NCBI GenBank assembly: GCA_040005235.1
Contig: JBDTZG010000006.1
Coordinates: 22,203 to 86,202 of the forward strand
DNA: 64,000 bases
Direction of reading: 5' to 3'
Source: Acidobacteriota bacterium
Lineage (GTDB): Bacteria; Acidobacteriota; Thermoanaerobaculia; Multivoradales; UBA5704
In this document: piece after piece, positions 9,755 through 19,209 of the stretch
How the letters are laid out: each line of letters starts with the position of its first letter
Numbering within the stretch: position 1 is the stretch's first letter
Made by a program: the position numbers and the translations under genes
Notes under the pieces: model-generated
What the model was told of the DNA's origin: nothing
Seen by the model: the letters and a program-made list of their open reading frames with translations, nothing else
Database searches by the model: none

Positions 9755-10311
9755 TTCTTCCGGCGCAGGCGGCGGGTCGGATCGATGCCGATCGAGCGCA
9801 GGAACCCGAGGTCGCGGCCGTCGATTTGAAACGCGGGTTCGGGAGAGGGGACCAGCGCGGTGCTCTCGGGCCGCGCGCTCTTGCTGGGCTTCGCGAGCTT
9901 TTCGAGTTTGTCGTTCAAACGATCCGCGAGCACGGCGGCGCGGGCCGCCGGAACGAGAGGCGGTTCCTCGTCGCCTGCTTCCCGCTTGCAGTCGAGATGG
10001 AGGACCATCGCGTAGCCTTCCTCGCGAATACGGCGCAGCGAGCGCGACACGTCGGACGACTCCGAGATCGCCTCGGCGAGGGCGCGGCGCAAGTCGCGAA
10101 TCAGGGGCTTCAACCGTTCGTCCAGAGCGCGTTCCTCCTTGGCCTTCGATCCGCCGAAAACCGGTCGCCAAGGCGCCCGGCGATCCCTGCCGGGGTGAGT
10201 GGGCGACCGCTGCGGTTCCGAACCGACCGGCGGATTATCGCCGTCACCCCCCGGGGTGTCAAACCGAGCCGTCCCGGAAAATATCCCGGTCCCCGTTGAC
10301 TTTTCAGCCAT
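9751..10311 (-). CDS. Hypothetical protein translationally coupled to rlmN
   Basis: 186-aa ORF whose TGA overlaps the rlmN ATG (ATGA). No family recognised. Charged, low-complexity N-terminus. Confidence 0.4.
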   Translation of the reverse strand: MAEKSTGTGIFSGTARFDTPGGDGDNPPVGSEPQRSPTHPGRDRRAPWRPVFGGSKAKEERALDERLKPLIRDLRRALAEAISESSDVSRSLRRIREEGYAMVLHLDCKREAGDEEPPLVPAARAAVLADRLNDKLEKLAKPSKSARPESTALVPSPEPAFQIDGRDLGFLRSIGIDPTRRLRRKK

Positions 10312-10396
10312 CCGGTGCCTCGCTTCACCGGCTCGCCGGACCGTGGTAACCTTTCGCGCCGCCCGCGTTTTTCACCTCTCTGGGGCTCCCTTCCCG

Positions 10397-11392
10397 ATGA
10401 ATTTTTCCGATCTCGCGCCTTGGCTCGCCGCCCGAGGGTTCGCCTCCGAACGGATCGAGCCTTTGCCGGGCGACGTCTCGCCGCGCCGCTACGGCAGGGT
10501 CCGTCTCGCCTCCGGCGGCTCCGCGATCGTCGCGTTCTACCCGGAGGAGATCCGCCCGGCCGCCGAGCGGTTCCTGCGCGCCACCGCCCTGCTCCAAAGC
10601 ATCGAGGTTCCCGTGCCGGGGGTGCTCGCGGCCGATCTTTCGGAAGGCCTGATGTTGATCGAGGATCTTGGGGAAAAGACGCTCGCCGAGAGGCACGATC
10701 TGGACGACGAGAAGATTGCCCCGTATTTTCGCCATGCCGCGGAGCTCGGCCGACGGATCGCGAAGCTGCCGCCCGCGGCGTTGCTCGACGAGGCGACCGG
10801 GGAGCCGTGGAATCCGCCGCTCGACGGGCCGCTGCTCCGCCGCGAGCTGCAGCAGACGTGGGACGTGTTCCTGATCCCGCGCGCCCTGCTCGGTTCTCCG
10901 GAGCAGCATCGCGCGATCGGGACGCTGTTCGACGAGATCTGCGCCTGCATGGGCGCGGAGCCCCCCGTCGCCTGCCATCGCGATTTCATGGCGCGCAACC
11001 TGATTCCCCGATCGGCGATTTCCGGCGCAGTCGGCGAAGTCGCGGTGATTGATCATCAGGATCTGCGCTTCGGACCGCCCCGCTACGATCTCGCTTCGCT
11101 CTTGAACGACACGCGTTTCCCGAGCCCCGCGCTCGAAGCGGAGCTGCTGGAGTCGACTCTCGGCGATCCCGGAAAGATCGAGAGCTACCACCGGGCGGCG
11201 GCCCAGCGGACGCTCAAGGCGGTGGGCACTTTCGCCAAATTCGCCGACCGCGGCGCGCCTCGCCACCTGCCGCTGATCGCTCCGACGCTCGCGCGAGCCT
11301 TGCGCCACCTGGAACGAATCCCGGAAGGCGACGCGATCGTTTCCAAGCTCAAGGAGCTCTGGCGTCCCGCTCTCCTGCCGTCGCCGCACTGA
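10397..11392 (+). CDS. Aminoglycoside phosphotransferase-fold kinase (AmgK/anomeric sugar kinase-like)
   Basis: Start chosen at MNFSDLAPWL. Brenner motif CHRDFMARNLI (HRDxxxxN) and metal-binding VIDHQD. 332 aa. Confidence 0.6.
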   Translation: MNFSDLAPWLAARGFASERIEPLPGDVSPRRYGRVRLASGGSAIVAFYPEEIRPAAERFLRATALLQSIEVPVPGVLAADLSEGLMLIEDLGEKTLAERHDLDDEKIAPYFRHAAELGRRIAKLPPAALLDEATGEPWNPPLDGPLLRRELQQTWDVFLIPRALLGSPEQHRAIGTLFDEICACMGAEPPVACHRDFMARNLIPRSAISGAVGEVAVIDHQDLRFGPPRYDLASLLNDTRFPSPALEAELLESTLGDPGKIESYHRAAAQRTLKAVGTFAKFADRGAPRHLPLIAPTLARALRHLERIPEGDAIVSKLKELWRPALLPSPH

Positions 11393-11466
11393 TCTGCTAT
11401 GCTGCCGCCACGAGTCGGCGTACGTTTCGCTGCTCTTTGCGTCACGCTCCACCTGGAGACCACTAC

Positions 11467-11646
11467 ATGCCCAACCTTGGCGTTCCCGAACTGCTGATCA
11501 TCTTCGTCATCATCATCGTGCTCTTCGGTGCGACCCGTCTGCCGAATATCGGCAAGGGTCTCGGCGAGGGCATCCGCAACTTCAAGAAGGGGATGAAGGG
11601 CGAAGACGATCCCCAGCTCCCCGGCAAGACCACCGATCCCCGCTAG
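11467..11646 (+). CDS. tatA: Twin-arginine translocase subunit TatA/E
   Basis: MPNLGVPELLIIFVIIIVLFGATRLPNIGKGLGEGIRNFKKG is a canonical TatA TM helix plus amphipathic helix. 59 aa. GGAG upstream. Confidence 0.8.
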   Translation: MPNLGVPELLIIFVIIIVLFGATRLPNIGKGLGEGIRNFKKGMKGEDDPQLPGKTTDPR

Positions 11647-11704
11647 CACAGGATTTCGGTCAAATCGGCCCCGGTTCGAGCCGATTTGGCGCAGGCGTCA
11701 CGAA

Positions 11705-11749
11705 AAGAGGCTCCGGGCGGTTCGATCCGCCGGAGCCTCTTTTCTTTCG
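11705..11749. terminator. Bidirectional rho-independent terminator between tatA and the convergent transglycosylase gene
   Basis: Stem GAGGCTCCGG ... CCGGAGCCTC with a 13-nt loop. It is followed by TTTTCTTTCG on the + strand and by CTTTTCG on the - strand. Confidence 0.6.
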
Positions 11750-11763
11750 ACTTCAGGCGGCCC

Positions 11764-12438
11764 TTACCGGGTCATCGCGGCTAGCGTCTCGGTGATTTCG
11801 GCATGCGGCAGGGTGTCCGCATCGCCATGCCACAGCCGGCGATGAAGACCGAGGTAGCGATCCTGGACGCGCCGGACGTAGGAACGCGTCTCGCGAAACG
11901 GCGGCACGCCTTTCCATCGATCGACCATGCCGGGACCCGCGTTGTAGGCTGCGAGCGCCCTTTCGAGGTCGCCGTCGTAGCGATCCAACAGACTCGCGAG
12001 GTAGCGGCTGCCGGCTTCCAGGTTGGCCTTCGGATTGGTCAGGTCCGGGCTTTTCGGCGTGCCGCTGCCGTCGGGCCGGACCTGCATGAGGCCGACCGCG
12101 CCGCGCGGCGAAACGACGTTGGCGGCAAACCCCGATTCCATTTCGACCACCGAGGCGATCAACAGGCCGTCGACCCCCGTGCGGGCCGAGACGTCGACGA
12201 TCGCCGCGCCATAGGGGAGCGTTTCCAGATACCGGCGCTGCGCATCGCGTCCGGAGGACGAGACGGGAGTTGAGGCGGGTTCGGCCAGGGACGAGGGGGG
12301 CGGAGTCGTTTCGAGATCCGAAAGCGTCGGGATGGATGAGATCGAGGGGCTGGAGGTGAAGGTCAAAACCAAGAAAACCGCAATGGACACCACCAGGGCA
12401 GGCCGGTGCCAGGTTGTTCGTGTTTCGGTACTCTGCAT
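11764..12438 (-). CDS. Lytic transglycosylase (SLT domain), membrane-anchored
   Basis: Start at MQSTETRTTW with an N-terminal TM anchor. SLT motifs ESGFAANVVSPRGAVGLMQV and AYNAGPG. 224 aa. Confidence 0.75.
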   Translation of the reverse strand: MQSTETRTTWHRPALVVSIAVFLVLTFTSSPSISSIPTLSDLETTPPPSSLAEPASTPVSSSGRDAQRRYLETLPYGAAIVDVSARTGVDGLLIASVVEMESGFAANVVSPRGAVGLMQVRPDGSGTPKSPDLTNPKANLEAGSRYLASLLDRYDGDLERALAAYNAGPGMVDRWKGVPPFRETRSYVRRVQDRYLGLHRRLWHGDADTLPHAEITETLAAMTR

Positions 12439-12679
12439 GGGGAACGGCTCCCTTTGTCTTCCGTTGGGGCGTAGACCCGCCGCTTCGTGGATGTTTACGA
12501 AGCAGAGGTGCGCTGCGCGGAAAGTACACGCCGAGCCCGGGAGCCCGGGTCGGCGCCGCGAAATGGTAAGGAAAGCTTCTGCTAGTTCTGTGCCAGAACG
12601 CCCAGGGTTCGAACCGCCGTGCGGTTCAACCGGGGGTCGATCGAGGTGCCGGCGGCGGCACCTAGGCGAGGGGCGGTGT

Positions 12680-12946
12680 TCAGGTGACCGGATCCTTTCG
12701 CCGCTGAGCGCGGCGCCGATCGTAATCCTCGGAGTGGATTCCGAGAGTGGAGACTTTGTTGCGCAACGTGTTGCGATGGACGCCCAGCGAGCGAGCGGAC
12801 CGGCAGAAGTTGCCAGAGTTGGACTGTAGCGAGGCAAGGATGAACTGACGTTCGAACTCCCGCCGCGCCTGCTCCAGAGTTACGCCGCGACGAACCAGCT
12901 CATCGACGATGAGAAACAGACGCCCGTTCAAGTTCTGGTCGGCCAA
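12680..12946 (-). CDS. Fis-type helix-turn-helix DNA-binding protein
   Basis: 88 aa with a C-terminal Fis-type HTH (SARSLGVHRNTLRNKV). Confidence 0.55.
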   Translation of the reverse strand: MADQNLNGRLFLIVDELVRRGVTLEQARREFERQFILASLQSNSGNFCRSARSLGVHRNTLRNKVSTLGIHSEDYDRRRAQRRKDPVT

Positions 12947-13246
12947 GGTGAAATCTCCGCTGAGAAAAGGGGCTCGAAAGCGGGCTCTAGAATACCACAG
13001 CCCTTCCGTCTACCCAAGATGAAAACGTCGTTCGCAGCGCCACCCGACCGCTCTGCAAAGTTCCTGCGAGAGTCGGGGATCGCCCCCTGAAGTCGCCGAT
13101 CTCGCGGTTCCGGGGGGAGTGTTCTAGACTGTCGCCCTTCGGCAGAGTCCTGGCCCGAGATGTGCTCGACTAAGTCGAGGCCGTTCGGAGCCCTGGGTTT
13201 TGCCCTGACCGACCGAGCTAAAACCCGAAAAACACAGGAGATCGCG

Positions 13247-13519
13247 ATGGCCGAGAGAAAGCCTAACGAGCAGTTCATGAAGCCGCTGCAGCCCTCTGAG
13301 GCGCTCGCTGCGGTCGTCGGTAGCGCCCCGCTGCCGCGCACCGAGGTGACCAAGAAGGTCTGGGAGTACATCAAGAAGCACAATCTGCAGGACCCGGCCA
13401 ACAAGCGCAACATCGTTGCCGACGACAAGCTGAAGGCGGTTTTCGCGGGCAAGGGCACGGTCACGATGTTCGAGATGACCAAGCTGATCAACGCCCACCT
13501 CAAGGACCCGTCGAAGTAG
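13247..13519 (+). CDS. SWIB/MDM2 domain protein
   Basis: 90 aa starting MAERKPNEQFMKP, with AGGAG 6 nt upstream. TEVTKKVWEYIKKHNLQDPANKRNIVADDKLKAVFAG is a typical SWIB domain. Confidence 0.7.
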   Translation: MAERKPNEQFMKPLQPSEALAAVVGSAPLPRTEVTKKVWEYIKKHNLQDPANKRNIVADDKLKAVFAGKGTVTMFEMTKLINAHLKDPSK

Positions 13520-13614
13520 CAGGCGCCGCGCGGAGCGGCGCGCCCGTGGGCAGCGGGCGCCGCCGCTTCGACCAGGCGGTCCGCCGCCTCGCGCAATTCT
13601 GAGATCTCCGCACT

Positions 13615-14586
13615 GTGGTTACCCACGTCCCGATCGGCACGCCGCTCCTTTGGGGCGGATTTTTTCTCCTCATCTTCGCCCTGCTCGCGCTCGATCTCGG
13701 CGTGTTCAACCGCCGCGAGCATCGGGTCGGCCTGACCGAGGCGATCGTTTGGAGCGTCGTCTGGACGCTCGTGGCGTTGGCATTCAACGTTTGGGTCTAC
13801 CTGCGTTTCGGTCACACTCCGGGGGTAGAGTTCCTGACCGCCTACGTGATCGAACGCTCCTTGAGTTTCGACAACATCTTCGTCTTCATCGTGGTCTTCA
13901 ACTACTTCGCGGTGCCGGACGAGCTTCATCACCGGGTGCTGTTCTGGGGCATCCTCGGCGCTCTCGTCGCCCGCGGCCTGTTCATCGGTCTGGGGACCGC
14001 GCTGCTCGCGAAATTCTCCTGGTTGATCTACCTGTTCGGCGCCTTCCTGATCTACACCGGCTGGAAGGTCCTGCGCGAGAAAGAAACGAAAATCGAGCCG
14101 GAGCGGAACCCGGTGGTCAAGCTATTCCGCCGTCTGTTCCGGATCACCGAGAGCTATCGGGGCAAGAACTTCTGGTCGCGCGAAAACGGCTTGCTCTACG
14201 CGACCCCGCTCCTGCTCGTCCTGGTGGTGATCGAGGCAAGCGACATCCTGTTCGCGGTCGATTCGATTCCCGCCGTCTTCGGCGTCACGCGCGATTCGTT
14301 CATCGCCTTCACCTCGAACATCTTCGCCATTCTGGGGCTGCGCGCGCTGTACTTCCTGCTCGCCGGTCTGATGCACAAATTCGGCTATCTGAGCTACGGC
14401 CTGGGCTTGGTGTTGATCTTCATCGGCGCCAAGATGGTCCTTCATCCGTGGATCGAAATCCCGATCGAGCTATCGCTCGGCTTGGTGCTCGTCCTGCTCG
14501 CCGGCTCGGTCGCCATCTCGCTGCTCCGTCCGCCCAAAGCGCCGGAAGAAGTCGTGGCCGCAACCTCCGAGTCGTCCGCCGACTAG
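13615..14586 (+). CDS. TerC family integral membrane protein
   Basis: GTG start. Multiple TM helices with TerC motifs (LSFDNIFVF, FAVDSIPAVFGVT). 323 aa. Confidence 0.8.
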   Translation: MVTHVPIGTPLLWGGFFLLIFALLALDLGVFNRREHRVGLTEAIVWSVVWTLVALAFNVWVYLRFGHTPGVEFLTAYVIERSLSFDNIFVFIVVFNYFAVPDELHHRVLFWGILGALVARGLFIGLGTALLAKFSWLIYLFGAFLIYTGWKVLREKETKIEPERNPVVKLFRRLFRITESYRGKNFWSRENGLLYATPLLLVLVVIEASDILFAVDSIPAVFGVTRDSFIAFTSNIFAILGLRALYFLLAGLMHKFGYLSYGLGLVLIFIGAKMVLHPWIEIPIELSLGLVLVLLAGSVAISLLRPPKAPEEVVAATSESSAD

Positions 14587-14626
14587 AGAACCCGCACTTC
14601 GCCGATCGCTTCCGGAGGTCCGCTCG

Positions 14627-16339
14627 ATGAAACGGTTTGCCGCCTTTCTCCTTCTCGTCGCCCTGCTCGTCGCGAGCGGGCCATTGCCGGCGGCCTTCGA
14701 GCCCGCCCCGATCGGCCGCGGGGGAGCGGTCTCCGCAAACGATCGCCGTGCCTCGGCGGTGGGGCTGGAAGTCTTAAAGAGCGGCGGTAACGCGGTCGAC
14801 GCCTCGATCGCGACGGCGTTGGCCCTCGCCGTGGTCTTCCCCGAAGCGGGCAACCTGGCGGGCGGTGGTTTCGCAGTCCTGCGCCAGAAGGGCACTTTTG
14901 CCGCGCTCGATTTTCGCGAGGTGGCGCCGGCTGCGGCGAGCCTCGGCATGTACCTCGACGAGAAAGGCGAACCGAGGAAAGGCGCCTCGACCCTCGGACC
15001 GCTCGCCACAGGAACCCCCGGCTCGCCCGCCGGGCTCTGGGAGCTGCACGAAAAGTACGGCAAGCTCCCCTGGGCGCGCCTGGTCGATCCGGCCGAGCGC
15101 CTGGCGCGCGAAGGGTTCACGGTCGATCGTCACCTTCACGAACGGCTGATCCATCCCGACCAGCAGCGACTCGCGCAGTTTCCCGAGACGCAAAGCTTCT
15201 GGCGCGCGGGGACCGAGCCGCTGCCGGTCGGCACGTTGATCCAACAGCCGGCGCTCGCCAAGACCCTCGCCGCCTATCGGGATCACGGGCCGGAGGCCAT
15301 CACCGGCGGCGCCGTAGCCGCGGCGGTCGAAGCGGCGTCAAAGCGGCACGGCGGAGTGCTCACAGCGGCGGATCTTGCCGCCTATCGGCCCACCTGGCGC
15401 GAGCCGCTCCGCTTTGCCGCGTTCGGCTGGCAACTCGCGACGATGCCCTTGCCCTCCTCCGGCGGCATGATCCTCGGCGAGACGTTCGGCCAGCTGGAGC
15501 GCCTCTCGTGGCCCAAGCTGCCGCGCTTCGGCGCCGATCGCGCCCATCTGCTTGCTGAGGCGCTCCGCCGTTCGTTCGCCGACCGCTACCTGCTGGGCGA
15601 TCCCAAGACCACCCGTGCCGGCGCGGCCCAGCTGCTCGATCCCGCCTGGCTCGACCGCCGCGCCGCCTCGATCGACCGCGTAAAGGCGTCGCCCTCGAAA
15701 GGGATCTTCCCCTGGCCGGGCGACGCGCCGCCGGCCGAAAAGCCGGAGACCACGAATATTTCGGTCATCGACGCGGACGGCAACCTGATCGCGCTCACCA
15801 CGACGCTGAACGACCTGTTCGGCTGCGGCCTCTACGTTCCCGAGATCGGTTTTTTGAACAACGAGATGGACGACTTCGCGACCGCGCCGGGACGGCCGAA
15901 CCTGTTCGGCCTGATCCAGGGCGAGGCCAACGCCGTGGCGCCGGGCAAGAAGATGCTCTCCTCGATGGCGCCGACGATCGCCTGGCGCGCGACGCCCGCG
16001 GGCGAAGAGGCCATCGCCATCGGTGGCCGCGGCGGTTCGCGGATTCCCACCCATGTCGCACAGGTGCTGCTGAATGTGATGGTCGACGGCGATTCGCTCG
16101 CCGAGGCGCTCGGCCGGCCCCGCCTGCACCATCAATGGCTGCCCGATCAGATCGAGGTCGAGCCGGACACGTTCTCGCCCGAAACCCGCGCCGAGCTGGA
16201 ACGGCGCGGGCATGTCATTCAGCCGGCGATCCAGAGCGCAAGGGTGTTCGCGATCCACCGTCTGCCCGACGGCCGGATCGAAGCCGCGGGCGACCCGCGC
16301 GGCCCGAGCGGCGCTGCGGTGGTCGATCCGGAACGTTGA
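14627..16339 (+). CDS. ggt: Gamma-glutamyltranspeptidase
   Basis: Signal peptide. Catalytic Thr context TTNISVIDADGN and GGT small-subunit motifs. 570 aa. Confidence 0.85.
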   Translation: MKRFAAFLLLVALLVASGPLPAAFEPAPIGRGGAVSANDRRASAVGLEVLKSGGNAVDASIATALALAVVFPEAGNLAGGGFAVLRQKGTFAALDFREVAPAAASLGMYLDEKGEPRKGASTLGPLATGTPGSPAGLWELHEKYGKLPWARLVDPAERLAREGFTVDRHLHERLIHPDQQRLAQFPETQSFWRAGTEPLPVGTLIQQPALAKTLAAYRDHGPEAITGGAVAAAVEAASKRHGGVLTAADLAAYRPTWREPLRFAAFGWQLATMPLPSSGGMILGETFGQLERLSWPKLPRFGADRAHLLAEALRRSFADRYLLGDPKTTRAGAAQLLDPAWLDRRAASIDRVKASPSKGIFPWPGDAPPAEKPETTNISVIDADGNLIALTTTLNDLFGCGLYVPEIGFLNNEMDDFATAPGRPNLFGLIQGEANAVAPGKKMLSSMAPTIAWRATPAGEEAIAIGGRGGSRIPTHVAQVLLNVMVDGDSLAEALGRPRLHHQWLPDQIEVEPDTFSPETRAELERRGHVIQPAIQSARVFAIHRLPDGRIEAAGDPRGPSGAAVVDPER

Positions 16340-16424
16340 GCCGGCAGTGATTTCTTTCCCTGCCGTGATCCGCGGAGATTCCAGGTAAACTCCGGCCGTT
16401 TTTCCAGCGAGGGGAGTTAAGAGC

Positions 16425-17564
16425 ATGGTCCAGGTGCTGGTGCCCAAAGAGCGCCGATCCGGCGAAACGCGTGTCGCCGCGACGCCCGAGACGGTCAAGA
16501 AAATGGTCAAGGAAGGGCTCGCCGTGGCGGTCGAGCGGGGAGCCGGCGAGGCCGCGTATTTTTCCGACGCGGATTACGAAGCGGCGGGCGCCACCCTCTC
16601 CGACGCCCCCGACTGGTCCGCCGCCGACGTGGTCTTGAAAGTCGCGCCGTTGGCCGAAAACGAAACGCCGAAATCCGGCGCGCTCGCGATCGGCCTGTTC
16701 GCCCCGCACGGTCCCCTCGACCGCGTCCGCCGCTTGGTCGAGGGAAACGTCACCACCCTCTCGATGGAGCTGGTGCCGCGCATCACCCGCGCTCAAGGAA
16801 TGGACGCCCTCTCCTCTCAAGCGTCGATCGCCGGCTACAAAGCGGTTCTGCTCGCCGCAGTCCATCTGCCGAAATACCTGCCCCTCCTGATGACCGCCGC
16901 CGGCACGATCAAACCGGCCAAAATCGTCATCATGGGCGCCGGAGTGGCGGGCCTCCAGGCGATCGGCACGGCGCGCCGCCTAGGCGCGGTGGTCGAAGTC
17001 TCGGACGTCCGGCCCGAGGTCAAAGAACAGGTCGAATCGCTCGGCGCCCGCTTCATCGAGCTGCCGATGCTCGAACAGGAAAGTGGAGCGGGAACCGGCG
17101 GCTACGCCCGCCAGATGGGCGAAGACTTCCTCATCCGCCAGCGCGAAATCGTCCGCGAACGTCTGAAGACGGCGGACGCTGCGATCACCACCGCCCTGGT
17201 CCCCGGCCGGAAAGCCCCCACCCTCCTGACCCGCGAAATGGTCGAAGCCATGCGCCCCGGTTCCGTGATTATCGACCTCGCAGTCGAACAAGGCGGCAAC
17301 TGCGAGCTGTCGCAAGCCGACCAGGAGGTCGTCCACCAGGGCGTCCGCATCCTGGGCCCGTCGAACCTCCCCGCCACCCTGCCCCACGACGCGAGCACCC
17401 TCTACGCGAGAAACGTCCTCGCCCTCTTGCTCCACGTGACGAAGAAGGGCGAGATGGCTCTGGATCCAGAGGAGGAGATCGTCAAAGCTACGCTCCTCAC
17501 CCACGCCGGAACCGTCCTGCACGGCCCGACGGCGGAGCGGTTGGCGAGCGAAGCCGGGGCCTGA
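16425..17564 (+). CDS. pntAA: NAD(P) transhydrogenase alpha subunit, soluble part (PntAA)
   Basis: N-terminus MVQVLVPKERRSGETRVAATPETVKKMVKEGL and the Rossmann motif IVIMGAGVAGLQA match PntAA rather than alanine dehydrogenase. 379 aa. No pntAB or pntB lies downstream. Confidence 0.7.
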   Translation: MVQVLVPKERRSGETRVAATPETVKKMVKEGLAVAVERGAGEAAYFSDADYEAAGATLSDAPDWSAADVVLKVAPLAENETPKSGALAIGLFAPHGPLDRVRRLVEGNVTTLSMELVPRITRAQGMDALSSQASIAGYKAVLLAAVHLPKYLPLLMTAAGTIKPAKIVIMGAGVAGLQAIGTARRLGAVVEVSDVRPEVKEQVESLGARFIELPMLEQESGAGTGGYARQMGEDFLIRQREIVRERLKTADAAITTALVPGRKAPTLLTREMVEAMRPGSVIIDLAVEQGGNCELSQADQEVVHQGVRILGPSNLPATLPHDASTLYARNVLALLLHVTKKGEMALDPEEEIVKATLLTHAGTVLHGPTAERLASEAGA

Positions 17565-17804
17565 TCGGGCGCGGCGGAGTACCCGGCGCACGCGCCCACC
17601 CGATTTGTGAGCTTCCGGACCGACTGGCCGAATTCCCCGACCCCGGCTTGCGACGCAACGCAGCGCTGCACAAACGCTGCGCACCTGAATCCGAGGTGCG
17701 CTTGGTGAATGCATTGGGCCCGCGCGTTCGATCATCGGGACGCAAGCTCGAATCGTCGGTACTCGCGTCCGCCGGGGCGCTCCGCGGGAGCTGAAACGAG
17801 GAGA

Positions 17805-18674
17805 TTACGGCTCGGCCAGAACCTCGGTGGCGGAAGAAGCCACTGCGGCCCGTCGCAACCAGCGGCCCAGCTGCTCACGGTCCTGACACCCCAGAATCTT
17901 CTCCTGTTGCGCTTCGCTCGCCTCGACCTCGCGTGCCGCCAAAACTTCGAGAATCGATCGGGCGACTCCATCGGCCCGGCCTTCCTCTCGGCCTTCCACC
18001 TTGCCCGCAGCTTTCGCAGAAGCTTCTCGCTTCAGAATCACGGGGTTCCCTTTGGCGACCAGCGCCTCGGCCACCGCGTTGTCGGCGATGGCGGCATCGA
18101 GCAGCGCAGCGACCTTGAGCGGAGTCGCCAAGCAGTGATCCTCAATATTTGCCCCCACCTCCAGCCGGCGCCAGGTACGCTCCTCGGGAGACCACTCGCC
18201 GACTTCGCCGTTCTTGACCCATACGGCGAAGATCCTCCGCACCCCGCGACGGTGCATGCGCTCGGCCTTCTCGGTCGCGAGTTTCTCGCTCTGCTTCGAA
18301 ACGATCTCGAACGCGATCTCCTCCAGGTGGCGTCGCCCGGTCGCCGGGTCCGTTCCCTCCCGGCGGACGCAGGTGTCGGACGCAAAGTCTGAGTCCACGC
18401 CATACCGGGTGATCAGGTCGGTCGAAGCGCGGTATCCGGAGGCGACATGTGCCCGGAGCACGTAGTCGAGCTCGGTCTGCTGATCGGCGTGGGGCGCCTC
18501 CGCCGGAAACGCCTCCATCCGCCGTCCGCCGATGATCTCGTCCCGGGTGACCTCCGGCTCGACCAGATGATCGTCGACGTTCGGAAACGAGCCGCGGCCG
18601 GGCAAACGCATCGCCGAGCCCGACCCATCCGGTCCGGGCGCCTTGAAGCTGTAGGCCCTGCGGTTCTCGTCCAT
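17805..18674 (-). CDS. Uma2-family (DUF820) endonuclease fused to a DUF4351-like C-terminal domain
   Basis: Uma2 core (EEIAFEIVSKQSE...GVRRIFAVW) followed by KVEGREEGRADGVARSILEVLAAR...QLGRWL, which resembles the DUF4351 tail of Rpn-type nucleases. 289 aa. Confidence 0.6.
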   Translation of the reverse strand: MDENRRAYSFKAPGPDGSGSAMRLPGRGSFPNVDDHLVEPEVTRDEIIGGRRMEAFPAEAPHADQQTELDYVLRAHVASGYRASTDLITRYGVDSDFASDTCVRREGTDPATGRRHLEEIAFEIVSKQSEKLATEKAERMHRRGVRRIFAVWVKNGEVGEWSPEERTWRRLEVGANIEDHCLATPLKVAALLDAAIADNAVAEALVAKGNPVILKREASAKAAGKVEGREEGRADGVARSILEVLAAREVEASEAQQEKILGCQDREQLGRWLRRAAVASSATEVLAEP

Positions 18675-18970
18675 CCGTCGAATGATAACCGACTGCCGAA
18701 ATCCCGCCTCGGTTGGTCCCCGGCCGCCATCCGCGCTGCCGCCGAAAGAGGGTACTTTACCCGCTCCCTATCAGAGCGCCCACGAAGCCGCCGAGAGTTG
18801 CCGAGTCGGGTCCTCAAAAGGCTGCGTGACGCCGACAAAGTCGAGAGCCTCGGCCCTCCGATGGCGGTAAGGAAGGGCGGCATGAACCCAAGATGACCCT
18901 TTCTTGGCGCCTTCTTCGCGTTTGGAATCAATGGGATGAAGACCCAGCAACTCGGCGTTGAAGCTCGCTC

Positions 18971-18999
18971 TTGACAGGGCTCGTGATCTTTTCGATACT
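18971..18999 (+). promoter_or_regulatory. Sigma70-like promoter (TTGACA-17 nt-GATACT) facing the low-GC island
   Basis: Exact TTGACA at 18971-18976, a 17-nt spacer, then GATACT at 18994-18999. It lies about 210-260 bp upstream of the island's first ORF. Confidence 0.35.
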
Positions 19000-19209
19000 A
19001 CGCGCCACCCAGAAAGTCTTATGGCCTAAACAGGGTACTTGTCCCGCTGGATGCTTTTGAGGCACCATTGAGTAAAGAGCTGTGCGCCGCCGCCCGCCGC
19101 TTCCGGGCCTAGCCAGGTTGCCCCCAGCTCTCGCAAATAGCGGTTCAGGCGAACAGTCTGGACCATTACCCGGACAGGGGGTTCGCCCCACGGTGGGCGA
19201 GGCCGGCCC

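Noticed and set aside
12590-12640. GGTTCGAACC / GGTTCAACC strings resembling tRNA T-arms
   Set aside because: No complementary stems and no acceptor pairing on either strand.
18447-18931. ORFs 18447-18896(+) and 18413-18931(-)
   Set aside because: They overlap the Uma2 gene or lie in a low-complexity intergenic region without coding features.
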